A stretch of DNA of 64,000 bases from Haliotis cracherodii (taxonomy: Eukaryota). Both the position numbers and the translations under genes were made by a program. Positions 52,501 through 64,000 of the stretch are shown here, piece after piece (within the stretch, counting starts at the first letter, position 1; each line of letters starts with the position of its first letter). Below the pieces are notes generated by a model. That model was given only the letters and a program-made list of their open reading frames with translations. It was not told the origin of the DNA and searched no databases. The stretch covers positions 46,376,001 to 46,440,000 of the forward strand of contig NW_027266286.1 in NCBI RefSeq assembly GCF_022045235.1, in the 5' to 3' direction.

Positions 52501-54934
52501 TAATATTTGTGCGAGAGGGAAGGCGATTTTCAAGCACAGTATTAAAGAATTACATTATATGATAAAGAGGTCGCCAAGGCTCGCTAAATACAATGTTTAT
52601 TCCTAATGCAGGATATTTAAATTTACCATCCCCAAACACACTCGCGTGATAACCTCCATATCCTTTACAAAATATACTCCACCCTAAGGCAGACGTTGGA
52701 GGACCCACCAAGGGACATCGCAGCCCGCCTGCACACACTTAACTGCCAGTTGTTAGTTATCGGGGAATGTTGTCTTCGTATATTTATCGAGATGTAACCA
52801 TTATAAAGTCTACCATGAGAATGGCAGTAGAGGTTTTGTCGTCTTGCGCGTTTTTTGTCAAATGGTGACTGAATTTACAACTGTCAAGGAAAAAATAACT
52901 TCGAAAATCGCCACATGACGCACATTTGCTACATTTAGTCTTTCTCTACACGATCGCGAGTTGATGCAGATTGTCGATGCACTGGTGTTTTACAACAGAG
53001 ACTACAATAAATGGATCTTGAGTTGAAACAAAATACCAGCAGCGAGTGAGATTTGATTAAACCCATAAGTTATTACTAAATTAATTATTGTCTAAACACA
53101 CTTACTCTTAACACACTGATACTTCACAACGGAAAATGCAAGAACTGCACTACGCCGGGCAGGAGCAGGATACACACACCGAGTCTCTGTTGAACAGTTG
53201 TTGTAGAGGGAGACCAGCTCGGTGTTGTTGAACCTGTGATGTCCATGTTCTGACACATTGAACGGGTTCACTGTGGCGCAACTAGCGAGACCTATTACTG
53301 CACACTCTGTATTGTCAGTGTAGTAGGCGTCATAGATGGCGATCTTCTGGGTGCTGCTGCAGCTGATGTCATGCCCAGTACAGGAGAAGCCAGGTGCACC
53401 ATAGCAGGCTTTACTGGTCCTTGTGGCACCTACATGGAGGACACGTCACAACATGCATGGGTGAACATTTACTGTGAGATGAAATTAGTTTGAATGTAGT
53501 ATTTATAGTTATAATATCTCTGTCTATATTGTCCACAATACAATGTTTTCGCGTATATACTAGTACTTAATCATTTGTCAGACATTCATATACATGTGTT
53601 AGTAAAGCATCTACATGGAGGACACGTCACAACAAGCATGTTTGAACATTTACTGTGAGATGAAATTTGTTCGAAAATAGTATTTAGGATTATAATATCG
53701 CTGTCTATATTGTCCACAATACAATGTTTTCGCGTATATGCTGAATTATTTGTCAGACATTCATATACATGTGTTAGTAAAGTTTGCGAAAGTGTTAGGG
53801 CCAGGGATACCATTTTAATATAATATAGATACATGTACATGTCCATTTGTAGATCGCTGATAGCACTGTTTATGATATAAAGGCTTGTTTTTTCGATGCG
53901 ATGAACCAATCCCATAAACTTGGTATCATGATCCGATCAATATGCCTAAGTCTCCTAACATTAAGAATCCCTAAAATACAAATTTACATGTATCGGAAAG
54001 TTAAACACTAGGTTTTCTTTGCAATCAGAGGTTATTTTAAACTTTAAATCTTGGCTGTTACTGTTACTTTTTAAGAGGAGTATATGTTATATTGAAGATT
54101 GTTCATGGTCGTCTGGATTTTTTCCAAGATACAATTGTTAGAATCTGTTCCTGCAGGATATATGCTCTATTGAAGAGATTTCATGGTCTTCTATCATATT
54201 TATTTTCATCAGCACACAATCAAATTTGAACTGCACGGTAGGGCTTATCCAGTTCGTAATACACGATGTTGGTTATTCATTGTAACAATAACCTCTATCC
54301 AGAGGATAAACATGGACTATACACCCGGAGTTGACTTCAATTACATACCTATCATTCTGATGAATACAATGTTTTCTATTCTGAACTATGCATCTACTGT
54401 GAATAATACAACATACACATGTTAAGAGAATGCACTACATATAACTCAACTCGAAACTGAAAATATTGTGTCTCCTAGAATAAATGCAATACGTGCACCA
54501 AACCGACTAAACTGGATTTATCTGAGCAGACATCAAGGCATTGTGACATTGGGTTCACCCGCCTCGTTTCACTGACTGTATGTTGTCCTTTCCTTGTTTT
54601 AACACTGCATACAACTTAAGTGAGTGTATAGCTTCACACAGCCGTCATTTAGTACGCTTTCAGCTGAAAACTATTTGATACTTTAAGTTAACATTGCCGC
54701 AGCATGGATTTATAATTATCCTCGTATATGGCTTAAACTGCATAATGATAAACTGCTTATCACAAATCAATATGTTCGTTGGTTTCCTGTCATTATGTAT
54801 ACATGACATGCTTTATTCCAGTTGCTCACCCAATATTTCCCATCCATATAAATGTATGTCTTACCTGTATAACCTGGCCGCAGTTTGTAGTCAGAAAAGA
54901 TTAAACATATCCAAACGATCACAGAGTTCGTCAT
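44688..54934 (-). CDS. G4: SUEL-like + CUB-like single-pass receptor with short ITAM-bearing tail (~399 aa)
   Basis: Exons 54934-54865 (MTNSVIVWICLIFSDYKLRPGYTG), 53429-53106 (SUEL-like), 50388-50026 (CUB-like), 49111-49067 (ASDPFNVTCQAVTGA), 46269-46207 and 45825-45763 (duplicated 63-nt S/T stalk exons), 45242-45161 (TM GLFVGGMAVGAVIVILVGLAVYVLVVR) and 44877-44688 (tail). All are GT-AG; total 1200 nt, open. Confidence 0.88.
45329..45537 (+). repeat. 3 x 68-bp tandem repeat in G4 intron
   Basis: gcagttagtcaaatag(t/c)c(a/c)tgcaatgtacatctgtatttcttaacgaataggtagaagcaaacgatca at 45329, 45397 and 45465. Confidence 0.95.
46316..46860. mobile_element. Non-autonomous element with ~67-bp terminal inverted repeats, followed by a hairpin at 46860-46960
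   Basis: catcttcccaaggcaag...ccttgccgaactag versus ctagttcggcaaggg...cttgcctcgggaagatg. Confidence 0.8.
47760..48600 (+). mobile_element. Tc1-like transposase relic
   Basis: RLHAAYLHAR, MPWPVISP (cf. WPA.SPDL), LQEE and SMPRR fragments in broken frames. Confidence 0.65.
49511..49725 (-). pseudogene. 3' remnant of an older CUB-like exon (G4), with stop and (AT)n expansion
   Basis: TPG*CFSKLSVLPHNEITMNNCSSVIQSFKRLNVTAEPPISLTFVDFPRSL-(TA)n-SALIWLLIN|gtaag. Confidence 0.85.
50026..50388 (-). CDS. G4 CUB-like exon (chimeric)
   Basis: 363 nt, tgcag/gtaaga; within ORF 50009-50434. Confidence 0.82.
50980..51700 (-). mobile_element. Crypton-like (DUF3504-type) relic in G4 intron
   Basis: GCLGSDNLGKLLGTMVYIAGSSFALHGGQEHRKLR matches the LG...LL.T..Y..G..FALRGG.EHR.L motif; decayed C-terminus near 51000-51060. 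Confidence 0.7.
53106..53429 (-). CDS. G4 SUEL-like exon (absent from the ORF track)
   Basis: GATRTSKACYGAPGFSCTGHDISCSSTQKIAIYDAYYTDNTECAVIGLASCATVNPFNVSEHGHHRFNNTELVSLYNNCSTETRCVYPAPARRSAVLAFSVVKYQCVK; 324 nt. Confidence 0.87.
53430..53782. repeat. ~180-bp tandem duplication of the intron end and acceptor preceding the G4 SUEL exon
   Basis: ctacatggaggacacgtcacaac...gtgttagtaaag at 53430 and 53611. Confidence 0.9.
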
Positions 54935-57847
54935 AACGTTGACAGCTCAACTGATTGTAAAGCTGGCTTGACGGCCGTATCACCGCGGAAGCTAATATTA
55001 ATAGAATAGTATTTTTTTCGGTTATTGTAGGCAGGCAGATTTAAATAATTCTATCAATTATAGGTTACAAAAGTTACTACAGTATGCAAAGAATGTGTGG
55101 CAATAACACGATATTAGTATCTTACTTCCAGTTTTAACACCGTCTGCATATTGAGGTCATGCACTCCAGGTAAAACACGACGTGAATGCAGCCACTACAC
55201 TGTCACGAGGGAGATAGTCCAGGGATAGTCTGCTCAATGAGAATATTCCGACCTGTCAACCCCACCCGTGACATGTCAAGGTGTGAGATTAAAGCACCTA
55301 AAATTACGAAATGCCCTGACCCTCACGTGAAGTTAAACATGCCACTGTGTTTATTTTTATAAACACGATATGACAGTAAATGATATGTATCTCAGTGACC
55401 TAAACGGAGAGGAGCCGCCGTGTAAAGTGTCTCGGGCCTTTGTTCTCCCAGTTACAATACAAACTTCCCTATGTAACTGATAGTTCGTATCTGGACAACG
55501 TATCTGGCCAGCCAGCACCTATTAGTGGGATAATATATGAAGATACATCATAACATTGTGCTACAGCTTCACGTTAACTAATACAGTGGAATGTATTAAG
55601 TCATCATCCACCGTTGTTTCCTTTTCATTGTCGTTACATTTTTTGTACATCTCGAACCAAGCTATCATGTATATTACAAAAATACGTTGAAGAGCATTGT
55701 AATCGGACGAGATGAAAAACATGTTGAAGTTGAAAGTTCAAGGCGTATGAATATTTATTTATTTTCCTGTCAAGTATTCAAATATTCAACATGGTCATGA
55801 GTGTAGTATTCATCAACACCAAACAGCATAAATTTGACGGGGGCTGTCAAGATCCTGAATCCTGTGTATTGAACACAATAAGGCTATTTCATTACGACAG
55901 TGATGTACATGTACATGTAACCCACGAGCAACCCCTCATCACATTGTTCTCTCGAGTAAATAGTATTTGAACGTGACTTATCTGTTCTTATCAAGCACAC
56001 ACGTTTGACGGTCACCCATTCACTTACTCTCTACAACCAACTTTTGTTTAACATTGCCTGATTTGTGACCTCTGTGTTGTACACAGGATCATGTTCCACT
56101 ACATGACCGTACAAACTGTTAGCTTGTATCAATCTAAAACACAATGTCATGCAATCGAAGACCTTACCTAAATTAAACTGCGTTCCGGTTGTCAACAAGG
56201 AAGTAAAAACTGGCGCGTTGGTTGAACGCTTCAAAGCATATTTTGTGTAACATTGTCACCTGACTTTCCATTCCGTTCGACTGCATACAACCACATTGTA
56301 TGTTGGTGATGATCTAATTTTGTAACACAGCGGTCACATGTTTCACAGAGCTAGGATATGACTGATACATTGACTCGAAATATGATGCAATTATAGAGGT
56401 AATACCGTGGTAATATCAAATTAACACACATTTACATACAGTGTAAGGCGGTTTTAACAGTAATATATCATTAACAGTGTTGACATGGATAGACCGTGTT
56501 TGATGGTCATCACTGGGTCATCACAAACGTGCCCTGCAAATATCTATAGTTCTTTTTGGTAATGGCCTAAATAAAAATAAACCTTTTACACCAAACATAT
56601 CATACCAATAATTAAATTCCTTCACCAGATAATAGTTAAATAATTAAGATAAAATTTCAAAGTTAAAATCAAATGGACTTTTATTCGTTGATCAAACAGG
56701 TTATATTTACAGAAGACATTTGATATGAAATTGAGAAAACGCACTAAAGGAAAGCAAGGAGTTTGTTATTATATGTAGTTTAGTAGGCACACTGGGACAT
56801 GATAAGAAATTAACTATTTCAACAATAAGTTCTTGTTATGGGAAATTATCATGACAATCGTCTTGCTACACTGAAGTGATCAGCTTGCCCATGGGAAGAC
56901 CCCACTCCAGTATTTGGATGCCACCAAAATGCTATTATAATTGCATTAGAATTATTGAGGACTATGTGCTATCTGGTTTAAATACCTATGTAACTATTGT
57001 AAATTATTCAATGCATGAGAGGTGACTGAAAAGTTCCGAGCCTAACTATGATCTACTGTAATGATGGAGTTAGCTGCTAATGCTTTTTTGTCTCCAAGGA
57101 CATGATGTACATGAAAGGCAATATCAATAGTTACAGAAACGGGTAAGAATTGATACTGTAAAATGTATTAGACTTTATCATCCAACATGAACAAAAATAG
57201 CCATAGTGGCGCAGAATAATGTTACAGAAACGGTATAATACTTGGTAGTAAAAGTGTGAATTGAAGTGATCACATTTACATAAAGAAGAAATACACTGTA
57301 ACGCTCGGTAAAAACGATTATCCACATTTGAATCAAACTTATATACACGTATTCATTATACTATGAACATTATCGTTGTGCTCAATTGGTATTTACGTTG
57401 ACCTTTTATAAGTCAAACAGTTTATAAACTGTATAAGTATTATCAAAGTGATACATCTGATAACGGTGGGTATCCAAAGACCGTTTAAATACATGGAAGG
57501 ATAATTACAGCTGAAGTTTCAGATTAATATGGAAGAACAACACATTTTAAATGTTTCTAATTTTGGCAAACCCTCCAGGGCCCGGAAATACTGCTGACAA
57601 AGTAATTGTTTTTAATTGATCAGGGCGAAACTGGGGCTCGAACACATTATCATAAATCGTGGCACTGCCAGTTGTGGCGCCTTGGACGACTAGGCTCCAC
57701 GAGTCCAAAACATTTACTAGTATTTCTGAGATACAAAAAACCGTGATGTGAATACAAAAAGTGTTTGGTACCGCAACTGAGGATATTGTCAAGTTCAAGG
57801 TAATCACGAAGCTATTCGTAACACAGCACACAAAAACATATTCCAGT

Positions 57848-58469
57848 TTAGGAATATGCTCCTTTCATTGGTCCTGCAACAGAATAATCAGAATTGTCTG
57901 CCCTTCCTGATGCAGTGTCATACTGTGAACTAACAGTTTTAGGATGATTGATCACACTAGGGAAATGGTCATAGTCGTCTTCATCAGTGTTCCTATTGGT
58001 CATACTCAGTTGTGCCACTTCCTTAGTTGCAGAGACAGCAGTGTCGTAGTCATTCTGGTGTTTCTGCGGGTTGGTTTTTGTGTTGAAAAGATTGTAACCA
58101 TAATCGTCTTCTCCATTAGTTCCTCCTGTATGTGCATGTTGATCCACCGAGGCTGTTGTGTCGTAGTCACTGGTCTGTGGGGATGGTTTGTCTCCGATGT
58201 GGTCATAGTCACTTTCAGTGGTAGAAGCTTTTGCAAACTGCTTTGAATTGTGCTTCCCAGCTGGTTCTATCATGAAATATGTGTCTGCATTTGGAGGAAC
58301 AGCCAAGCCATCCGCGGTAGCGTAATCATAATCACTGCTCTGTGTCTTCAGGTCCTGAATGTCATGGCAGTTGTTCGGTGGGATTTTACCGGCCAAACTG
58401 TGTGTCATGTCAGGCTGTGCATCCAGGGGAAATGATGCGATATTCTCCTTTCCTTCGCTTTTTGCTCGC
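57848..58469 (-). CDS. G5 long cytoplasmic exon (12 Tyr)
   Basis: ORF 57848-58525 trimmed to the ttccag acceptor: RAKSEGKENIASFP...SDYDY...TYFMI...ESDYDHI...SDYDTTAS...DYGYNLF...NDYDTAVS...DDYDHF...QYDTAS...SDYSVAGPMKGAYS*. Confidence 0.87.
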
Positions 58470-61400
58470 CTGGAAGTCACAGAGTTTAGATATACAAGGT
58501 GACATAACCAGTAATACAAGTACAAACAGTAGTATTATGAAGAACATATTTCAATACAATCTTAATTTCAATCATTAAAACAAATCTGTTTGGGTTATAC
58601 TCTCAGGATCTTTCAGCGACGTTCCCAGTTTGTGAATTCTAGTCTCGCTAAAGTTTACGGGATTCTATTGTCTCAAAAATACAATGTTTTACCTTTCTAA
58701 AGGTACATCTGCCTCACTTTAATGGGTTCAAACGTTTCCACGATATAGTGAGTAGTCAAAAGTAATAGCTGATGAGACCGTTCGCTTTGCGTATTGTATA
58801 TAATTGCAAGATTCTTGGTTCGAGATTATTTTCTGAAGAAGAAATGTGTGTATCTTTGTTTTTCCAAAACCTAACAAATATGTTTACAGAGTCACACACC
58901 ACATAACTTCTATAGCAGGATAGCTTTACTGTTAATGATCAGTGTATGTGACAGATATATGAAACTGAATACATAAACGATTACTTACCTATTTCGTATA
59001 AGCCTCACTGATACCAATGTTACAACCAATATTGCTAAGACTGTGGCCACAACTCCACCAATAATTGCACCAGTACCACCTGCGACCGAACAAATATATG
59101 TCGATTAATTATTATTATCATATATCATTTATCATTATATATGTTGGCCATACCTAACATTCACTTTGTGAATGGTTACATTATTGCTGGACGATTAACG
59201 TCCTTCACACAACTTATCTGTTACTGATGTGTATTTACCACTGGCACATAAAATACCCTTGTAAAGATCCTCGCTTTTCATAACAGGTGACTAACCAGAT
59301 AGGTGGTCATGCTTGATAACTTGTTTGATATTTCTTATTGTAACCCCATTTATAACTGGATTGTTTGGTCGAGATTCGATTATTAACAGACCACCAACAC
59401 AGCTAAACAGACATGAAATACATCGTCAATTGTGAATTTACCGTAACAGATATACATATTTCGATCATCATGATGACTTGAACATGTTTTATTTTTATTT
59501 TATCTCTTGCATCAGTTACTGTCATTAAAATGATCTGTTATCATTAGAATCAAGTTTGTACTAACTTCCTTTCCAATACAGAGTATAACTGAGTAGGTCA
59601 AACATAGTAATAGTTTTTAATTATATTTTTCTTACTTGCATCAGCTGCATTTAAACTTACTGTTGCTGTCTGTTGAAGGAATGGGCTATAGCAGGATATA
59701 GTGAAATGTAGTTAATGTTTTGTACTGATCCATACAAGATTGTATTCATCTGATCCATAAAAAATGTGACAAATTACATGTGGGTCAATACATCCTGCTG
59801 TACGTGTATCGTTGTCCGCAAGCACTGTATTATTAGTCGTTGCTATTCTACTGGATTGTGCAATAGGAAAAATATAAATCGCATAAGTAGTATACACAAA
59901 ACCCTATTCTAATGAACGTTATCGAAGTCATTCTGCACGGTGGATCCAGACATATTCTTTATTTATTTAGAAAATACGGAAACTCTTACATTGACAAATA
60001 AGAATACAACAAAAGCCCATATCACTAACTCTACCTTTTAACGGTCGTTTGATCATGAAGAAAAGTCAATAATGCATTCACAGCGAACTGTCCTGAACTA
60101 TTGTCCTAAAGGTCTGGTTTGTGTAATATAAACATTTGTATTTATACATGCATTATACCTGTTGTTGTTTGAGTGTAGTTCCTCGTCGTTGCTTTTGAAG
60201 TGATATCTATAGTCAGTGATGATCTACTTGATCCTCCATAATCAGAAAATATAATCGTTGATGATAATACACTTTCCATATTAACAAGTTTACATATACA
60301 TCATGATGGGGAGATATACTGATGTGTGGGCATTTGAAACGCAACTCTTACATTATCTATTTATATGACTATCTTTATTCTATTTGGATATAAATGCGGA
60401 TCTTACACGTACACGATGTATCGGCTTTCATGCGCAAGCTAGTATTAAAAACAAGCTCTTAGGATCAACGAAGCTAACAAGTATTATGTTTACATTTCGA
60501 TAAAGTTTCTGACAAAAAGACATGAGTGTTTTAGTGAGGCGTTTGTCCTTAAAGGTCGGATTGAAAAAATACTGTGTATCCGACTTTAGCGACACTGGCA
60601 AAAGTGTGTGTAGCAATATGATTTCAATGCGTAAGGCTTGAAGAAATCCATTTTTCTGATATTCAGAACTACAATTAACTACACAATGGACGCTACTAAT
60701 TGTCTCAATGCTAAAGAACTTGCATTACCTGTTGAAATATGGTTGTTACCATCTGTTTGGGAAATATGACTGATTGTTGTACCTGTTTGATCAGAAAACA
60801 CATTGGATATGTTGATACAAATATTAAACGTGGCTAGAGCACATTTCGGATGCGATTATACAACATGTTTTAAACATTATTCAGGGGAAATCTGGATATA
60901 ACATTGGCCTACCTGCACCTGTCACTGGTCGACACGTCAAGCTAAAAGGGTTTGATGCTGCAATATAAGACACACATAACATCATAATGTCAGCTAATCT
61001 TACTGTTTATCTGGAATTGTAAGTATAACCTATTTGTCATATGTGTATATATGTGTGTGTATTTATACAAGCAATGTAAATATACATCGTGAAATTATTA
61101 CTACACAATAATTAAATTGAGTGAGTTAGTTTGGTCTTACGACGCTTTTAGCAATATTCCAGCAATATCACGGCAGGGGACACCAGAAATGGGCTTCACA
61201 CATTGTACCCATGTCGGGAATAGAACCTGGGTATTCGGCGTGACGAGCGAACGCTTTAACCGCTAGGCTACCCGACCGCCCCAATAATTAAAACTACTAC
61301 TGATGGTGCAGTGTCACTCTACAGTCAAAAACAACATTTTGGTCAATAGAGATACACCTTGATCTTTGATGTAGTTGTATCAGGACTGGTTAACGTACGA

Positions 61401-61926
61401 CTATGGAATTTTTATTCTACTATTGAACTAACTTCTATAAATTTGTGTAAATACAAAAAAAAAACGGTTTGTGTGCAACCCCCACTAAACATACTAAACA
61501 TATATCGATACATGTTTTTATTTTTGAAAAAAGCACAAAGATATTTTCACTTCTTATTCTTACCATTAATCAGAAGCCAAATTAAGGTTGACGATGATCC
61601 CGGGAAATCCAAGTTTAGATATATTGGGAGTTCCGCTGTGACGTTGAGTCTCTTAAATGGTCGGAACCCAGGTGAACAATTGTTAATTATGATCTCATTC
61701 TCAGGTAGGACAGATAACTTTGAGAAGCATTGCCCTGGAGTTCCTCGTCCTGACCTCGCGTCAAGAGCATACACTGATATGCTTGTAGCAGTGACATCAG
61801 ACTTGAAGCTGCACATATAATTGATGGTTTGAGTTGTAGAAGTAGGCATCCTATTTGCTCTGTGGATGAGTGAGACTTGAGATAATCCCTCTGCAACTGA
61901 TCCACCGGTGTTTAGGAATTCACCTT
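57848..61926 (-). CDS. G5: receptor paralog with long multi-tyrosine tail, 3' part (signal and SUEL exons expected right of the window)
   Basis: Exons 61926-61564 (CUB-like), 60957-60913 (ASNPFSLTCRPVTGA), 60782-60729 (GTTISHISQTDGNNHIST), 60206-60159 (DITSKATTRNYTQTTT), possibly 59665-59636, 59079-58989 (TM GGTGAIIGGVVATVLAILVVTLVSVRLIRNR) and 58469-57848 (tail). Phases are compatible. Confidence 0.85.
59795..59857 (-). pseudogene. Dead stalk mini-exon in G5
   Basis: Homologous to G3 exon 32845-32916, but the acceptor is AC instead of AG and the GT donor is deleted. Confidence 0.65.
61117..61281 (-). mobile_element. tRNA-derived SINE family A with 11-bp TSD (other copies 11401-11546 +, 26720-26820 +; relics ~19330-19430 and ~20870-20990)
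   Basis: ggggcggtcgggtagcctagcggttaaagcgttcgctcgtcacgcc head (A/B boxes, GTC anticodon-like) and (ACTC)n tail; TSD caataattaaa at 61106-61116 and 61282-61292. Confidence 0.85.
61564..61926 (-). CDS. G5 CUB-like exon
   Basis: 363 nt; the 3' three-quarters are nearly identical to the G4 exon. Confidence 0.82.
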
Positions 61927-62499
61927 CTGCAACATTTATATATGTAATTTCAGTCATTAGAAACATTAAGATAAACATGGGTGTCTTGAAGGAACCATAT
62001 CCTTATCATCTTCGTTATCGTGCCAGGAGAGGGTTCATTTAGGACAATTCGTGATTGTCATAACACATAACATTCTATTTAAGAACACTTTTATCTCAGT
62101 TACGTAACACTTGTGACGTCATTCTATTGTTCGCACACTACATTATTATTGAATAAAGGGGCTTCCAGTATCGAAGAGCAAAAATCGAATACTATACTTA
62201 ACGTGAGCTATAATAGTACTACACCACTCGCAGTACGAGTCGGAAATGCAAACTGAAGGAAAGCCTGCCTTTACCCGCACAAGAAAACAAATGAAATACA
62301 AGGATACGATGACATTGAAAATGTTTAATGATGTTGAAGTACAGCGTAATTTACTAAACAGACGTTGCAAACATTTCACTTCAATGCAGATTTATGTTGA
62401 TCGCAATGTTAAGTCTTTCTGTGTTTAGAGACACCCCGCCACGAACCTCATAGGTTGGCTCCTTGGTCAAACTGATATTTGCTTGAATAAGAGTGCTTA

Positions 62500-63100
62500 C
62501 TTCTTTCATCTTAGTACGCTTGCAGTTGTGCACATGGATCTAAGACCATATCTTACATATTAGCTGTATTCGTGCGGTATCCCGTCTAGCCTGATTTTAT
62601 TGCACCTTCTTCATAATGTAGTCACAAGCTTCTGTCGAGCCAAAGGCTTTTAGCAAACCACGAAACCTCCCTAGACGGTTCATCCAATGATTGCAAATAA
62701 TACGCATCTGGTATAGTTGGCGATCACTTATCAGCATTGCCGGGATGTTCGTCGGCAACAATGTCTACCATGCTTCAACCCTCCACTGATGGTGTTAGAC
62801 ATTTGCTCATTGTACATGAGTCATATTCTTTCCTCACCTTGACATATCTGAAATAGTGAAGCTGGTCCCCTGCGCAAATTCCTGTGTTCCCGTCCACCAT
62901 GTAATGCATAGTTAATACCAGCGATATACCTCTTCGTGTCAAGCAGCTGCGCAAGGTTGTTGCTTTCCTCTTCGTTGAACTTATTCTTCCTCCAGGGTAA
63001 CTAAAAGTATTTAGACATTATCTAAAGTATTCCGTAGTCTTCGAATTCCGTCAAACCAGGATCTATGTAGCTGTCTTTTGTTGATCTGTGCCTGTTACTT
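62500..63100 (-). mobile_element. Paralogous Crypton-like relic in G5 intron
   Basis: Colinear with 50980-51700 (ccaccatgtaatgca and cttcgaattccgtcaaacca shared). Confidence 0.6.
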
Positions 63101-64000
63101 TGTGCCAAATTTTACATGTAGTGCAGTCAGGGTAGGTAAACCCATCTCATTCACCCACTTATCACTCATGTGCTGTTAACGCATCTGAAATGAAGAATAA
63201 TTACGTAGCATCAATAAGTCATAAATAATATATGTATATGTTTACTTATAAAACGAGAACGGTTTATCAATGACCTTTATATTTTATTAACTGGAGTCAA
63301 CGATTGAACAGATGCAATAGTCGGTGCTACAAGATCACATCAAACTGCCAAACTGTAAGGTATCAAACATAAAGTCAGAATGTTCTATCAAAAGATGACA
63401 TCAGGTATACTAGCCAGACACCTTGTTCGGTTTCATTGGATAACTCATTAACAATGACATGTGCATATATTTGAACAAATAGAATATGTAATCAAATCAT
63501 TGCCGATATATCTCATTTTTTGGCTCTATTGTAGCTATATTTTATATACGACATGCCTTGTGCAATAAAATTCCATTCTGACATGTGTTATACGTTGCTA
63601 CTTCCAAATTTAATCCACTGTTAGCCATTGGGAAAAAAAAGCAAATGTGTAACTAGATATCAATTCATATTTATGCAAGATGTCTTATTCGGAACATTAC
63701 AGATTTCAATACACAATGCCGACACTCGCGACTTGTTTAATGTTTTGAATACGGAATTAATGGCGTCACCCAATATTCATCGACTGGTAAGAATATACTT
63801 GCTCAACGGAAGACATACCATACTTGCTCGAAAGGAGGACATGTCTTCTTCCGTTTTAGGTATACCAAACCTAGAAGACGCAGCGGTGGTCAAAGTGTGT
63901 CCAGTCTTCTCATGGCGCGCAGTCAATATGTGTATGGATGCGTAGAGACGATACTAGTTTTACCACAGGAAGGATAAGGAACTCACTTGGTTGCTGATCA

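Noticed and set aside
61200-61281. tRNA-Asp-like gene
   Set aside because: It is the head of a SINE with body, (ACTC)n tail and TSD; no complete cloverleaf.
61359-61820. Plus-strand 153-aa ORF (also 49929-50201 and 57944-58246)
   Set aside because: Antisense shadows of the minus-strand exons.

Overview
AT-rich animal genomic DNA with introns, SINEs and two assembly gaps. The repeat families look molluscan, probably abalone-like; this is from memory and unverified. The ORF track hides the main content: a minus-strand tandem array of five paralogous multi-exon single-pass membrane receptor genes, called G1-G5 from left to right. I rebuilt them by hand from GT-AG sites and exon phases. The shared plan is: signal-peptide exon (70 nt) > divergent 8-Cys SUEL/rhamnose-lectin-like exon > ~121-aa CUB-like exon plus a Cys-linker exon > Ser/Thr stalk mini-exons > TM exon > cytoplasmic exon. 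Tails alternate between two types. G2 and G4 have a short tail with an ITAM-spaced YSGL-x8-Y(A/G)II and a terminal YQN(L/V). G3 and G5 have a long tail with 11-12 tyrosines in DYD motifs. The CUB-like and linker exons group by neighbour (G2~G3, G4~G5) while tails group across pairs (G2~G4, G3~G5), the pattern of paired immune receptors under gene conversion. Four genes carry a half-exon remnant beside an intact ectodomain exon. In G4 the junction still holds 17 nt of a SINE found in G5, which points to the donor. The window also contains a decayed Ngaro-type DIRS retrotransposon, Crypton-like, Penelope-like, Tc1 and mariner relics, four SINE-like families and several hairpin elements.
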